Position numbers and translations under genes: made by a program. Of a stretch of 64,000 bases of DNA, positions 9,001-19,569 are shown piece after piece. This DNA is from Candidatus Moraniibacteriota bacterium (GTDB taxonomy: Bacteria > Patescibacteriota > Minisyncoccia > Moranbacterales > GCA-2747515), in assembly GCA_016699795.1 (NCBI GenBank), contig CP065011.1:78168-142167 (forward strand), given 5' to 3'. Numbering within the stretch: the first letter of the stretch is position 1; every line of letters begins with the position of its first letter. The notes under the pieces are model-generated. The model had not been told where the DNA came from and did no database searches. It worked only from the letters and a program-made list of their open reading frames with translations.

Positions 9001-9690
9001 CTATATATCGTAGATCAGACCGCCACGCGATTCCTTATTCTTCATTGGAGGAGCGAAAACTGAATAATCTGTTGTATCCACTTCTTGTTTATACCATATA
9101 CGAATAAAGAAAATGGCTATTCCAAGGATCATCCCAGCGATGCTTCCAAATATCAATTGCATTATGGTTGGATTCTGCTCCACAATAGGTCCTGATATAA
9201 GCTTTATCGATAATGACTCCGGTGGACCTGATCGAAATAATGTATTTTGATTAATAAGCACATCAGATATAGCCTTAGCAATACCAATAGCATCATTTCT
9301 GCTATCACGATATACAGTCACTTCAAGAATACCTGCATTCGATCTTTGTTTTACCTCTACAGTATTCTGCCATTCTTTTAAACGACTTCGTTCATCACCC
9401 GAGAAAGGCTCTCTTTCAAAATAATTTGTTCGAGAAGCCTCGTTAAGAAAAAGATCACTCATCACAGCTTCACGAAGAACATTTCCACTATATTCAGCAC
9501 TTTTAGAAAGTGTATAGAAGTCTTTAGAATCCTCACTGTGTTGCATTACAAGAAAATCTGTTCGAACTTTGTATGCATCAGGAACAAATATCAAAAGAAG
9601 AAAAACGAAAACGCCCCCAATAAGTGCTGAAAAAAATATATTTCCAACATTGTTACGGATATTCGTAAAAAACAGAGAATAGTAATACAT
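9001..9690 (-). CDS. Polysaccharide co-polymerase (Wzz/chain-length-determinant-like): TM1, external domain, Pro-rich segment, TM2
   Basis: 229 aa. N-terminal TM (FFSALIGGVFVFLLLIFV), soluble middle, then GPIVEQNPTIMQLIFGSIAGMILGIAIFFI near the C-terminus, which is PCP family topology. Confidence 0.45.
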   Translation of the reverse strand: MYYYSLFFTNIRNNVGNIFFSALIGGVFVFLLLIFVPDAYKVRTDFLVMQHSEDSKDFYTLSKSAEYSGNVLREAVMSDLFLNEASRTNYFEREPFSGDERSRLKEWQNTVEVKQRSNAGILEVTVYRDSRNDAIGIAKAISDVLINQNTLFRSGPPESLSIKLISGPIVEQNPTIMQLIFGSIAGMILGIAIFFIRIWYKQEVDTTDYSVFAPPMKNKESRGGLIYDI

Positions 9691-9808
9691 AATAAAGAGA
9701 GTTTTTTCAATAATGCTAACGGGCTACATTAGCACAACTTTTAATTTTTGTCAATAGTAACGACAAAAAACGCCTTATTAAAAACGTTTTATTTTTCTCT
9801 TTATTTCT

Positions 9809-11029
9809 CTATTCTGGTTGAGCACCAAGAACAACTGTAACTTTTTGTTCAATTCCTTGACGAACAAATGATACAGTCACTTCATCTTTTTCTTTAAAAT
9901 TACTCAAAACATTGGAAAGCGGATTTTCATAACTAATAGAAATATCATTTACCGAACGAATGATATCCCCATAGCGAAAACCAGCTTTTTGCGCAGGAGA
10001 ACCCAAAAGAACGACTGGAGAAAGAGGACTAGTCTTTTGTTCAAAAGACAACCAAGCGCCTGATTCTATATTTAAGTCATTTCTTTTTGCTATAGTCGGG
10101 GTAATGGATATATAAGACGCTCCAAAAAATGGAGGTTGATAGCTAGGATTTGCAACAACCCTTTGCATGCTTTTTTTCATATCATTTCCTCTCAAAACAT
10201 AAGGAAAACTCTGATCCCCTACCGTCCTAGTACCCAAGATACCCATTAATTCTCCCGTATAACTTAATACCGGAGAACCAGATCGTATATCTTTTTCTTC
10301 CAAAAAAGAAACTTCAAAAACTCCTTGATGTTTTTCGGTTGAAGAAGAGACCTTATTAGCCAAAGAAAAAGTTGGATTAAATGTTTTAATAACTCCAAAA
10401 TAAATCTCATTTTGATTCAAAATATCATTTTCTCCAAGAGCAATAACTTTTCTTCCGGAAGAAAAATCTTCAGAATCAGCAAAAACTACTGGAGTAAAAT
10501 TATCCCCAGATATTCGAAGATATAATAAATGAGAAAAAGAATCATATGCAAAAAATTTCGCATCAAAACGAGTTCCGTCAAAATCCATTATGTCATAAGT
10601 TGTCTCAGAAAAATCTAAAGAATCTGAAAAAGATGTAACCAATAAACCATCCGTAGTAAGAATTGTTCCTGTTAAAGAAAAAATTCTTTTTGTTAAAGCT
10701 TTTTCCTGCATCATAATATATACAATGGAATTGCTCACATTTTGAATAGAACGATCTAGTCGATCATCATCACGTATAATTATCTCTTCCCTATTGTTAA
10801 TAACTGTTGTATTTTCTTTTGCCGTTTCTAACAAAGAAAAATTTGAAAACATTTCTAAAGAAGCCAAAAATGGCAAAGCCAAACGAATGGAAAAAATCGA
10901 GACAATTCCAATAAAAAGAATAATCCCTATATATCGAAAGAGAAATCTAAAAATAAATACAGATTTTCGTAAAAAAGGAATCATATATATAAAGAATACA
11001 CGAAAAATAAAAAATATACAATAATACAA
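9809..11029 (-). CDS. Membrane-anchored trypsin-like serine protease (HtrA/S1C-like) with C-terminal PDZ domain
   Basis: 406 aa. N-terminal TM region; trypsin-fold core with Ser motif region IRSGSPVLSYTGELMGI; C-terminal PDZ-like (GFRYGDIIRSVND). Confidence 0.5.
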   Translation of the reverse strand: MYYCIFFIFRVFFIYMIPFLRKSVFIFRFLFRYIGIILFIGIVSIFSIRLALPFLASLEMFSNFSLLETAKENTTVINNREEIIIRDDDRLDRSIQNVSNSIVYIMMQEKALTKRIFSLTGTILTTDGLLVTSFSDSLDFSETTYDIMDFDGTRFDAKFFAYDSFSHLLYLRISGDNFTPVVFADSEDFSSGRKVIALGENDILNQNEIYFGVIKTFNPTFSLANKVSSSTEKHQGVFEVSFLEEKDIRSGSPVLSYTGELMGILGTRTVGDQSFPYVLRGNDMKKSMQRVVANPSYQPPFFGASYISITPTIAKRNDLNIESGAWLSFEQKTSPLSPVVLLGSPAQKAGFRYGDIIRSVNDISISYENPLSNVLSNFKEKDEVTVSFVRQGIEQKVTVVLGAQPE

Positions 11030-11089
11030 AAATAAGTACGCGATGCTTCCTTATTGATTTTAGATACATTAAAAGTTACACTAAGATTT

Positions 11090-11542
11090 ATGAGTATTCT
11101 CTGTGAAAACAAACGAGCCTTTCATGACTACACCCTTCTGGAAAAATATGTAGCTGGCTTAGCATTGACCGGACAGGAAGTAAAAGCTATAAAAAATCAT
11201 CAGATTAGTCTCAAAGGATCCTTTGTAACTTTTTCCAATAATGAAGCTTTCCTCACAAATGCCCATGTTAGCGCCTATAAAAACGCTGGGGAACTCCCCT
11301 CTTATGAACCAGAGCGTTCTAGAAAGCTTCTTCTCAAAAAGAAAGAAATTTCAAATCTTGTAGAAAAAAAACAAACACAGGGACTTACAGTTGTACCCAT
11401 AAAGATTTTCATTTCTAGACGTGGACTCCTTAAAATTGAAATAGCTCTCGCTCGAGGAAAGAAACAATTTGATAAACGTGCAGACATTGCAAAACGCGAA
11501 TCACAAAGAAGAATGCAGAGAATATCTTCGTCCTTGAATTGA
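11090..11542 (+). CDS. smpB: SsrA-binding protein SmpB
   Basis: ENKRAFHDYTLLEKYVAGLALTGQEVKAIKN...ISLKGSFV... matches SmpB. The likely start is the second in-frame ATG (MSILCENKRAFHDY); the track ORF begins at 11054. Confidence 0.8.
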   Translation: MSILCENKRAFHDYTLLEKYVAGLALTGQEVKAIKNHQISLKGSFVTFSNNEAFLTNAHVSAYKNAGELPSYEPERSRKLLLKKKEISNLVEKKQTQGLTVVPIKIFISRRGLLKIEIALARGKKQFDKRADIAKRESQRRMQRISSSLN

Positions 11543-11606
11543 AGTTCGGTATAGAGTATACTTTTTCCTAGAGTTAAAAATAGTATAAATAATAAAAAAG
11601 ATTTTT

Positions 11607-11978
11607 ATGAACGACGTTCAGACATTATTCGATCAAATGCAAAGTGCCAAAAAAGAACAGAAAGATATTAGAAAAGAATATAGAGATGCGCTTTCACACG
11701 ATTCAACGTATCAGCAATCGCTAGAAGATCTCAAAGTTCTTCGTGATAAGAAAAAACTTATTGAATCTGAAGTTCAATCTCAAATGGGAAATCGTTGGGA
11801 ACGAATGGATGACCTTAAAAGAGAAATTGCTAATGCACAAGAGATGATTTCAGATGCAACATTAAACGCTATCATGAAAGGCGAGTCTATAGCAATAAAA
11901 GACGAGTACGACACTGTATATGAGCCTCAATTCAATGTTACTTTCAAAAAAGCCGACGGCGTAAGAGACTTTCAATAA
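11607..11978 (+). CDS. Hypothetical coiled-coil protein
   Basis: 123 aa, charged/helical, no recognisable domain. Followed by a strong terminator. Confidence 0.4.
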   Translation: MNDVQTLFDQMQSAKKEQKDIRKEYRDALSHDSTYQQSLEDLKVLRDKKKLIESEVQSQMGNRWERMDDLKREIANAQEMISDATLNAIMKGESIAIKDEYDTVYEPQFNVTFKKADGVRDFQ

Positions 11979-11994
11979 AAATTCTCGAAAAAAA

Positions 11995-12026
11995 ACAGAC
12001 TTTGCACAATAAAGTCTGTTTTTTTA
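11995..12026. terminator. Bidirectional rho-independent terminator between convergent genes
   Basis: acagacttt / aaagtctgt stem with gcacaat loop. T-run on plus (ttttttt), and A-run upstream gives a U-run for the minus-strand transcript of 12097-14211. Confidence 0.6.
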
Positions 12027-12096
12027 TTTTCATTTCTTTCTATTACGAAATTTTCACAGATTTGCAATAAAAAATAGAAACTCTCATTAAATTCTT

Positions 12097-14211
12097 TTAT
12101 GTTGTCAAAACCACCCGGGAATCCATAATTATAGATCCCTCTCCTTTCTGACAAACCAGAAGAGGATTAATATCAATCTCTCTTATTTCAGGAAATATCT
12201 CCATTATATGAGCGATTCGGAAAACTGTTTCTATAAGAGAATCCTTATCTAAAATTTCTCCTCCTCGAGCACCTTCCAGAATAGGAAAAGATCGTAAAGA
12301 ATGAATCATATCAATAATATCTTGCCTAAAAATAGGCAAAACCCCAAAAGAAACATCTTTAAAAACCTCCACATAAACACCTCCAAGACCAACCATAATA
12401 ATTGATCCAAGAACTTTATCACGCTTTGCTCCAACTACCATATGAAGTCCTTTTTCTGGAGCCATTTCCATAACCATAATACCATCAATTCGTGCATAAG
12501 GTGCATTCATACGGACCACTTCTCCCATATTTTCAAATTCACGAACGACATCTTGAATCGGAATTCCTACGCGAACACCTCCTACATCTGTTTTATGAAG
12601 AATATCGGGAGAAACAATCTTCAACACAACTTTCTGACCAATCTCTTGTGCAAAAGATAATGCCTCTTGCGCATTTTCTACTATTTTAGATCGTAGCATA
12701 TGAAAACCAAGACTTTCTAAAAATGGACTAGCATACGCTTCGGGAAGTTCCAAAATATTCTTTTGTTGAAAATTACTCAAAATTAATCGGGAGTCATTTA
12801 TTTTTTGTGTTGAAAAATATTCGCCACTCACACGATCACTCTCGGCATTCTTCTTAAGAAATTGTCTTCTCTTTTCAATCAAGCCCAGAACAAATCCCGC
12901 TTCATTTGGATTTCCAGCGACATAAAGCCCTTCTTTTTCCAACAAGGCCACACCTTCAGAAACAAGATTTTTCCCCATAAAAACAGGAAGGATAATTTTA
13001 TTCGTTTCTTTAGATTTTTTTATAATAACTTGAGCTGTTTCTTTTACAGCTGTCATTGTTTGAGGAGTTAAAATAACACAGACTGCATAAACAGCCTCAT
13101 CTTTAAGAATATATTCAAGTGCTTTTTCATAACGATCAGCATGAGCGTCTCCTAAAATATCAACAGGATTTATAACACTTGCTGCTAGAGGAAAAGATTC
13201 TCGCAATTTATTTTTTGTTTCTTGAGAGAGCTCTGCCATTATAATTCCCTGTTCAGAAAGAGCATCCGTTGCCAACACACCAGGACCTCCAGCATTTGTT
13301 ATCACAGCGACGTCACCCTTTTCGAAAGTATTATCGTACAAAGAAAAGATTTTCATTGCCCAAAAAAGCTCTTCTACTCCAGAAACACGAAGGATCCCTG
13401 ATTGTCGGAATATAGCATCATACGTTTCATCATTCCCTGCAAGCGCCCCTGTATGAGAAGCACTCGCCATTGAACCTTCTTTCGTCTTTCCTGATTTGAG
13501 AATAATAACAGGCTTTTTCTTCCCCGAGGTCTGCATAAATTCAATGAACGCATCTATTTGTCGTAAATCTTCTGCATAAAGAGCAATAACATCTGTTTCT
13601 TCATCATTCATCAAATATTCCAAAAGTAAACGTTCTTCTAAAACAGTCTTATTTCCCGTACTTATAAATTTAGAAAAACCAATACCTTGCTCTTTGGCCC
13701 AATCCAAAACAGATGCGCATAAAGCACCACTCTGTGAAAGAAATGCAATATTTCCCTTCTTAGGAACAAGTGGTGCGAAAGAAGCATTAAGGCCAATATG
13801 TGGATTAAGAATTCCTAAACAATTAGGTCCCAAAAGTGCCATGTTATACTTTTTGGCAATATCTGAAAGTTCTTCTTCTCGAGCAATATTTCCAGACTCT
13901 CGAAAACCAGCAGAAATAACTATTACAGAATGAATTCCTTTCTCGCCACATTGAGTGAGTACTGTAGCCACAATTTTTGCAGGAACAATAATAATTGCAA
14001 GATCAATGGTGTGTGCAATATCATCCACGTCTGCATATACTTTTTTTCCAAAAAGTTCTTCTATTCTTGGGTTTACCAAAAAAACATCTCCTTCATACAA
14101 TCCTTCTACAATATTTTTCGCTACATCATTTCCCACACTTCCTTCTTCCCCAGAAGCACCAATAACAGCAACTGACCCAGGATGAAACATTTTTTTTATT
14201 TGCTCTTGCAT
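12097..14211 (-). CDS. Acetate--CoA ligase (ADP-forming) / NDP-forming acyl-CoA synthetase, fused alpha+beta
   Basis: 704 aa. N-terminal CoA-binding/succinyl-CoA-synthetase-like (PGSVAVIGASGEEGSVGNDV...), ligase-CoA domain and C-terminal ATP-grasp domain. Confidence 0.75.
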   Translation of the reverse strand: MQEQIKKMFHPGSVAVIGASGEEGSVGNDVAKNIVEGLYEGDVFLVNPRIEELFGKKVYADVDDIAHTIDLAIIIVPAKIVATVLTQCGEKGIHSVIVISAGFRESGNIAREEELSDIAKKYNMALLGPNCLGILNPHIGLNASFAPLVPKKGNIAFLSQSGALCASVLDWAKEQGIGFSKFISTGNKTVLEERLLLEYLMNDEETDVIALYAEDLRQIDAFIEFMQTSGKKKPVIILKSGKTKEGSMASASHTGALAGNDETYDAIFRQSGILRVSGVEELFWAMKIFSLYDNTFEKGDVAVITNAGGPGVLATDALSEQGIIMAELSQETKNKLRESFPLAASVINPVDILGDAHADRYEKALEYILKDEAVYAVCVILTPQTMTAVKETAQVIIKKSKETNKIILPVFMGKNLVSEGVALLEKEGLYVAGNPNEAGFVLGLIEKRRQFLKKNAESDRVSGEYFSTQKINDSRLILSNFQQKNILELPEAYASPFLESLGFHMLRSKIVENAQEALSFAQEIGQKVVLKIVSPDILHKTDVGGVRVGIPIQDVVREFENMGEVVRMNAPYARIDGIMVMEMAPEKGLHMVVGAKRDKVLGSIIMVGLGGVYVEVFKDVSFGVLPIFRQDIIDMIHSLRSFPILEGARGGEILDKDSLIETVFRIAHIMEIFPEIREIDINPLLVCQKGEGSIIMDSRVVLTT

Positions 14212-14251
14212 ATATTTTTCTAAAAGTCCCTATTTATGTATATTCACATTT

Positions 14252-15217
14252 TTAAACATTCTTCCACCAAGAAACATTTTCTTTATACCACCTTACGGTT
14301 TCTCTCAAACCTTCTTCGAGAGAAATGGAAGGCTCCCATTGTAAATCTTTTTTTATTTTTTCATAATTCATATCATAGCGAAAATCATGTCCAGGACGAT
14401 CAGATACATATTCAATCATTTCTTCATCAAAGCCCAAAATATTTAATAAAAGCAAAATAATTTCTTTATTTGTAGGTTGATTTCCTCCTCCGATACAATA
14501 CGTTTCACCAATCAAACCTTTCCGTATAATAACATTAATGGCACGACAATGATCTTTCACATAAAGCCAATCACGAATTTGATTTCCTTCTCCATAAAGA
14601 GGAATTTTTTTTCCATTTAAAACGTTTGTAATAGCCAAGGGAATAAGTTTTTCTGGATAATGAAATGGTCCGTAATTATTAGAACAATTTGAGAGTGTGA
14701 CAGGTAATCCATATGTCTCAAAATAAGCTCTCACAAAATGATCCGATCCAGCCTTTGATGCTGAATAAGGACTTCTTGGATTATAGGGAGTTTTTTCATC
14801 AAAAGCTTTCTCCTCAAGATGTAATGCTCCAAAAACTTCATCAGTAGACACATGATGAAAACGAGGAATACCCAATATTCGAGCAACTTCAAGAAGTGTC
14901 TGTGTTCCTAATACATTTGTTTTTACAAAAGAAGTTGCATCTGTAATAGAACGGTCCACATGAGATTCTGCTGCGAAATGAACAATCACATCCACATGAG
15001 CATTTTTCATTGAAAGTATAAGTTTCTCTTTATCACAAATATCTCCATGAATAAAAGAATATCGAGAATCTTCCTTCCAATTTTTAAGATTTTCAGGATT
15101 TCCAGCATACGTCAAAAGATCATAATTTATAACTTCATCTTGAGGATATTTTTCAAGAATGTAATGAATAAAATTTGATCCAATAAAACCACACCCACCA
15201 GTTACAAATAATTTCAT
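14252..15217 (-). CDS. rfbB: dTDP-glucose 4,6-dehydratase
   Basis: MKLFVTGGCGFIGSNFIHYIL... with Rossmann GxxGxxG. YxxxK short-chain dehydrogenase core and strong overall RmlB pattern. Confidence 0.85.
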   Translation of the reverse strand: MKLFVTGGCGFIGSNFIHYILEKYPQDEVINYDLLTYAGNPENLKNWKEDSRYSFIHGDICDKEKLILSMKNAHVDVIVHFAAESHVDRSITDATSFVKTNVLGTQTLLEVARILGIPRFHHVSTDEVFGALHLEEKAFDEKTPYNPRSPYSASKAGSDHFVRAYFETYGLPVTLSNCSNNYGPFHYPEKLIPLAITNVLNGKKIPLYGEGNQIRDWLYVKDHCRAINVIIRKGLIGETYCIGGGNQPTNKEIILLLLNILGFDEEMIEYVSDRPGHDFRYDMNYEKIKKDLQWEPSISLEEGLRETVRWYKENVSWWKNV

Positions 15218-15774
15218 AGTATTTTTCTTTGAAATTCCTTAAATGTCATACTTACTGCATCTTTTTTAGAAATAATAACTGCATTCTTTTCCATAGGCCA
15301 AGAAATAGCAATTGTTGGGTCATTCCAAAGAAGACTTCCTTCGCATTCCGGACTATACACATCAGTACATTTATAAGAAAAAATTGTATTATCCTCCAAT
15401 GCTATAAAACCATGAGCGAAACCAGGTGGAATCCAAAATTGTTTATGATTTTCTCCTGAAAGCTCCAAGCCAAACCATTTTCCAAACGTTTCAGATTTTG
15501 GTCGAATATCCACAGCAACATCCCAAACTCGACCAAAAAGAACGCTTACCAATTTCCCTTGTTCGTGGGGCTTTTTCTGAAAATGAAGACCCCGAATAAC
15601 TCCCCGATTCGATTGTGAAACATTATCTTGAACAAAAGAAAAATGGATACCTATTTCTTCTTGATAGCGATACGAGTTAAAAGACTCAAAAAAGAAACCC
15701 CTTTCATCTTTATAGATATCAGGAGTGAATACCAAAAGACCTTTAATAAATATTTCTTTTTTCCCCATATTCAT
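15214..15774 (-). CDS. rfbC: dTDP-4-dehydrorhamnose 3,5-epimerase
   Basis: 186 aa cupin. RGFFFESFN...RGLHFQ...HEQGKLV motifs of RmlC. 4-nt overlap with rfbB (translational coupling). Confidence 0.85.
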   Translation of the reverse strand: MNMGKKEIFIKGLLVFTPDIYKDERGFFFESFNSYRYQEEIGIHFSFVQDNVSQSNRGVIRGLHFQKKPHEQGKLVSVLFGRVWDVAVDIRPKSETFGKWFGLELSGENHKQFWIPPGFAHGFIALEDNTIFSYKCTDVYSPECEGSLLWNDPTIAISWPMEKNAVIISKKDAVSMTFKEFQRKIL

Positions 15775-15808
15775 TTCTCAAGAATACCCCAAAAAGCAAA
15801 AAAGAAAA

Positions 15809-15843
15809 AGGACTCATTCTAAAGAAGAGAATGAGTCCTTTTA
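15809..15843 (-). terminator. Rho-independent terminator for 15862-17235 (bidirectional hairpin)
   Basis: 12-bp perfect stem aggactcattct / agaatgagtcct, loop aaagaag. The minus-strand transcript is followed by a UUUUUCUUUUUU run. Confidence 0.6.
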
Positions 15844-15861
15844 GCGCACCAAGAAAAAATA

Positions 15862-17235
15862 TTATTTGCTTTCATTAAGAGTAATATCTCTATCCAAAAT
15901 TATTTCATGAAATTCTTTCTTTCCAGTTGAATCCATAATTTCTATTGCGTAAGGGACTTTCTTAAGACCTGCTTGTTTTTGAATTTTGAGATTATAAAAT
16001 TCTCCATCCAAGAAACTCGGAAGAGTATATTCGAACGTAAAAGTTTTCGAAGAATTTAAAGGAACTTGCACAAGTGTTCCGAAATATTTTTTCCCAAATT
16101 CATTTCCATACTGAACATCTTTAACAAGTCCCTGAGTTGATTCAAGCCAACTCCCTTCTGGAACATAGATACGGAGATATGATTGGTAGTCACCCGTTTT
16201 CCAATCTTTTGTTTTTCCATTGTGCGTATATGTTATCGAAAGAACAGCACGAGGTCTTTCCTTTGTAAAATCCAGGGAATATGAAACTTTTCTTTCTATA
16301 AGTCTATCACTTTTTAAAGCTCCTAAATTAGCATCTACCAATAAGAGATAATCATTCTTCCACGAAGAATCTGTAATACCGCCCCATGATCGTTCTTGAA
16401 TTATTTTATTCAAATAACTATCTTTAAAATAAAGTTGAATATCTTTGCTATATAAATCATCAAGAATCACTCTTGCCAATCGAATTTTCTTAGAAATATC
16501 TAAATCTCCTAATTGTGCCAAAACAGCTTTAGCGAGATCATTAAGCATAACTTTTCGATCGCCTCTTTTTATGCCCTGGTCCACAAATCCCTTTTCCACT
16601 TGATACTGTAATAATTCAATAGCATTTTCCGTTCCATATCTCCCAGGAAAGCCCTCTATTTCTACTGGACCAGTAATTTCAAGAGCGCTCAAAAGAACAT
16701 CTGTTGTTATACCAATAACACCATTAAATTTCTCTTCTCCCTTTCCCATCTCATAGAACATAAGAGCATTCTCTGCATTTGTTGGAAAATCAGGAGAATA
16801 ATTAGAATCTCGAAGTTTCCAAGAATCCACTCCCAAAGTCTCTTTCATTGGAAAAGGGGGTGAAATTATCGAGGGTATTCTTCCATCAAAATTCGCTGTA
16901 TCATGAACGGAAATATCTTTTACAAAACCATTCTTCACTTTTAAAACACCGAAAGAGCCAATAAAACCCCCTCCTGGTCGAAGTTCCCAGTAGTTTTGAA
17001 AAAGGAGAAGGTACGTTCTTTCAACATCATCATCCACCATAAGAAGATCCGCCAAGGAAACAACAGCTTCAATGTCCCCCTTAAATTCTTCAGACAAGGG
17101 AAGAAATTCCGCTGTTCGAGAAATCATACCAAAACCATTATTTTTTACTTCCAAGAAAAAATACCAACAAAAAAGAAAAATAACCGAAACCGTCCAAAAT
17201 ATAATCCAGAACCTTAAAGAATATTTTTTCGACAT
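15862..17235 (-). CDS. DUF4012 domain membrane-anchored protein
   Basis: 457 aa. N-terminal TM, then RPGGGFIGSFGVLKV... motif, the conserved GGFIGS core of DUF4012. Paralogous to the C-terminal domain of 40002-42953. Confidence 0.6.
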   Translation of the reverse strand: MSKKYSLRFWIIFWTVSVIFLFCWYFFLEVKNNGFGMISRTAEFLPLSEEFKGDIEAVVSLADLLMVDDDVERTYLLLFQNYWELRPGGGFIGSFGVLKVKNGFVKDISVHDTANFDGRIPSIISPPFPMKETLGVDSWKLRDSNYSPDFPTNAENALMFYEMGKGEEKFNGVIGITTDVLLSALEITGPVEIEGFPGRYGTENAIELLQYQVEKGFVDQGIKRGDRKVMLNDLAKAVLAQLGDLDISKKIRLARVILDDLYSKDIQLYFKDSYLNKIIQERSWGGITDSSWKNDYLLLVDANLGALKSDRLIERKVSYSLDFTKERPRAVLSITYTHNGKTKDWKTGDYQSYLRIYVPEGSWLESTQGLVKDVQYGNEFGKKYFGTLVQVPLNSSKTFTFEYTLPSFLDGEFYNLKIQKQAGLKKVPYAIEIMDSTGKKEFHEIILDRDITLNESK

Positions 17236-17282
17236 ATATATACAATTAGAAAGATAAATACAATAAAATTATGCACAAAAAT

Positions 17283-18332
17283 TTATATCATTTTTCCCCG
17301 GAGAAGATCATTAAGTCTTCGTTTATATTCTTCATTTGAAGGTTCTTTTTCTTCTCTCTCATTCAAAGACATCATCGCATGAGCATCTAATTCTAATAAC
17401 TCTTTTTTCAAAGATTCTTCTTCGAGAACATCATCATCAGCAATGGGAAGATTTATTGGAACATGTCCTTCTGGAGAAATTATTTTAGGGAAGTCTTCAT
17501 TTAAATCAATTTTCTTTTGAGATTTTTCCAGTGAGGGGGTTTCTTCTTTCAAAAAAGTTTCTTCTTCTTTTTTAACATCTTCTCGTTGTTGTAAAATATA
17601 TTTTTTTGTTTGATCCAAAAAATGAAAAGCCTCTAAAGAGCTTGGCATTTCCTTTTTCTTCCAAAAGTTTTTCCAAGAAAGTTCCTCTTTTTGAGGAATA
17701 TTACTTTTATCTTTATTCGCTTCAAAAGACTCCCATACAAGATTTTTTCGTCGAGAGAATAAGAATTTTTCTTTAGAAAGAAAAGAGCTCAAAAAAACCA
17801 TAAGGGAAGCCAAAAAAATACTCATCCAAAAACCAAAGAAAAATCCTTTATCATAAATATAGGGAGGTTCCAAAATATGAAGAGCAAAACGATCTTGAGT
17901 ATCATAATATTTACCACTTTCTGAAAGAAAGGTATTAGCAACTCCATACAAAAGCTGTCTTGTTTCAAATTCATCTTTCCCATAAGAAGAAATTCGCAAT
18001 GTATGAGCATATGTTTGTGTATGAATTCTTTGTTCCCATTTTTTCAAAGGATATTCATCATCCTGCTCATTCATTTCAATAAGTTCCTTAAGTTGAGGAT
18101 ATTTTTTTGTTACGGAAGAAATAAAATTTTTAGTTTGTGAAAAGACAGAAAGATTTTCAACAATCTTCTCAGTATTATCCAAATCACTCAAAGATTGAGG
18201 AATAAAAAGAAATACTATAGTTCCTTCATATCGAAAAAAGGTCGACTTCCAAATAAAAGAGGAAAGACTGAATATAAAAACAAAAAGAAGAAAAGAAAAA
18301 AAAGTTTTCATATATTTATAATTGACGAACAC
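17283..18332 (-). CDS. Hypothetical bitopic/PCP-like membrane protein with acidic coiled-coil C-terminal tail
   Basis: 349 aa. TM1 near the N-terminus, a ~150-aa loop, Pro-rich EPPYIYDKG, then TM2, then a charged C-terminus. Confidence 0.35.
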   Translation of the reverse strand: MFVNYKYMKTFFSFLLFVFIFSLSSFIWKSTFFRYEGTIVFLFIPQSLSDLDNTEKIVENLSVFSQTKNFISSVTKKYPQLKELIEMNEQDDEYPLKKWEQRIHTQTYAHTLRISSYGKDEFETRQLLYGVANTFLSESGKYYDTQDRFALHILEPPYIYDKGFFFGFWMSIFLASLMVFLSSFLSKEKFLFSRRKNLVWESFEANKDKSNIPQKEELSWKNFWKKKEMPSSLEAFHFLDQTKKYILQQREDVKKEEETFLKEETPSLEKSQKKIDLNEDFPKIISPEGHVPINLPIADDDVLEEESLKKELLELDAHAMMSLNEREEKEPSNEEYKRRLNDLLRGKMI

Positions 18333-19509
18333 TTTTTGAGTAAGAAACTTGCTGAGTAGCCTTATTCTTTTTCATTTTTTTTGCCAAAATTAAAGTTTCG
18401 TTATAAAGAGAAATTGTTCTTTTTGCAATGCGCCCAAAACCAAATTTACGATGAATACGCAATTTTGATTGTGTCAGAAATGTTGCAATCGTATTTTTGG
18501 GAACATTCAAGACATAAGCGAGTTTTTCAAAAAGTGCCATATCTCCCTCATAGGGCAATGCCATTCCTCGAAAACTAGAAGGAGTCTTTTCTGTCAAAAA
18601 AACAATTGGGATACCAAAACCAGCAGCATCTTCAACGGAACCAAAGAAAAAATCAGAATCACATTTTTCAACAACGCAAGCAATTGATTGGGATAAAAGA
18701 ACGTCCCTGTCTTTTCCATCTTCAAAAAACAGAAGAAGAGGTTGTGTAAGGGATAAAATTTCAGCAGCTGTCTTTTGTTCTTGAGATAAAGATTCCGTCA
18801 CAACAACCAGCGAGGTATTATTAGCAATTCTATTTGTTGCATATAATTTTTCAAAGGATCGAAGAAGGCTATGAAGGCCATCCGGATGAGAAGCAAAATC
18901 TGAAACACATACTATATAAGACTTTTGCTTTAATCCGATATTCTTCTTCTTTTCAAAAAATTCTTTTATTCTAGTTTCAGAAATTTCATATGACTTTCCT
19001 TTTGGAAGCAAAATACTCTTTGCTTGTGATATTTTTCTCACATAGCGAATGCTTCTTTCACTATCTGCAATTATCCCATAGCTAGAAGAAAGTGCCATTT
19101 GATAAAGCTTTTTCATCGTAAAAGTTTTCTTTTTAAAAAGAAAACTTTGATTGACTCTTCGAATAATCACAAGAGATGGTCGAAAAATATGAAGTAAAAG
19201 AGATCCTAATATGAATTGATCATTACAGACATCTACAATATCCGCTTTCACAGAAAATAAAAAAAGGAATCTTTTACATGAAATGAGTTTATTTTTAAAG
19301 AAAGAATTGGATTGTGGAAAACATTTAACAGAAAAAGAAGATCCTTTTTTTGAAAATTCATTCAAAAGAAATTTCTCTCGATGTATAGAATCAACGAGAC
19401 AAATTACTTTATGATTATCATCCAATAATTTTTGAAAAAAAATTGTATGAACAAAAGATGGTTGTGTAACCATCTTTTGGGAAGTCGATTCAAGAAAAAC
19501 AATCTTCAT
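18316..19509 (-). CDS. Divergent glycosyltransferase-like protein (GT-B-like)
   Basis: 397 aa. C-terminal GFGIPIVFLTEK...ALFEKLAYVL resembles the GT4 donor-binding half; the N-terminal half is weakly Rossmann-like. Confidence 0.4.
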   Translation of the reverse strand: MKIVFLESTSQKMVTQPSFVHTIFFQKLLDDNHKVICLVDSIHREKFLLNEFSKKGSSFSVKCFPQSNSFFKNKLISCKRFLFLFSVKADIVDVCNDQFILGSLLLHIFRPSLVIIRRVNQSFLFKKKTFTMKKLYQMALSSSYGIIADSERSIRYVRKISQAKSILLPKGKSYEISETRIKEFFEKKKNIGLKQKSYIVCVSDFASHPDGLHSLLRSFEKLYATNRIANNTSLVVVTESLSQEQKTAAEILSLTQPLLLFFEDGKDRDVLLSQSIACVVEKCDSDFFFGSVEDAAGFGIPIVFLTEKTPSSFRGMALPYEGDMALFEKLAYVLNVPKNTIATFLTQSKLRIHRKFGFGRIAKRTISLYNETLILAKKMKKNKATQQVSYSKSVRQL

Positions 19510-19569
19510 ATGTTCAGGAAAAAAATATAGCTACAAGAACTTTACACTATCTTTATTGAAAAAGTTTCT

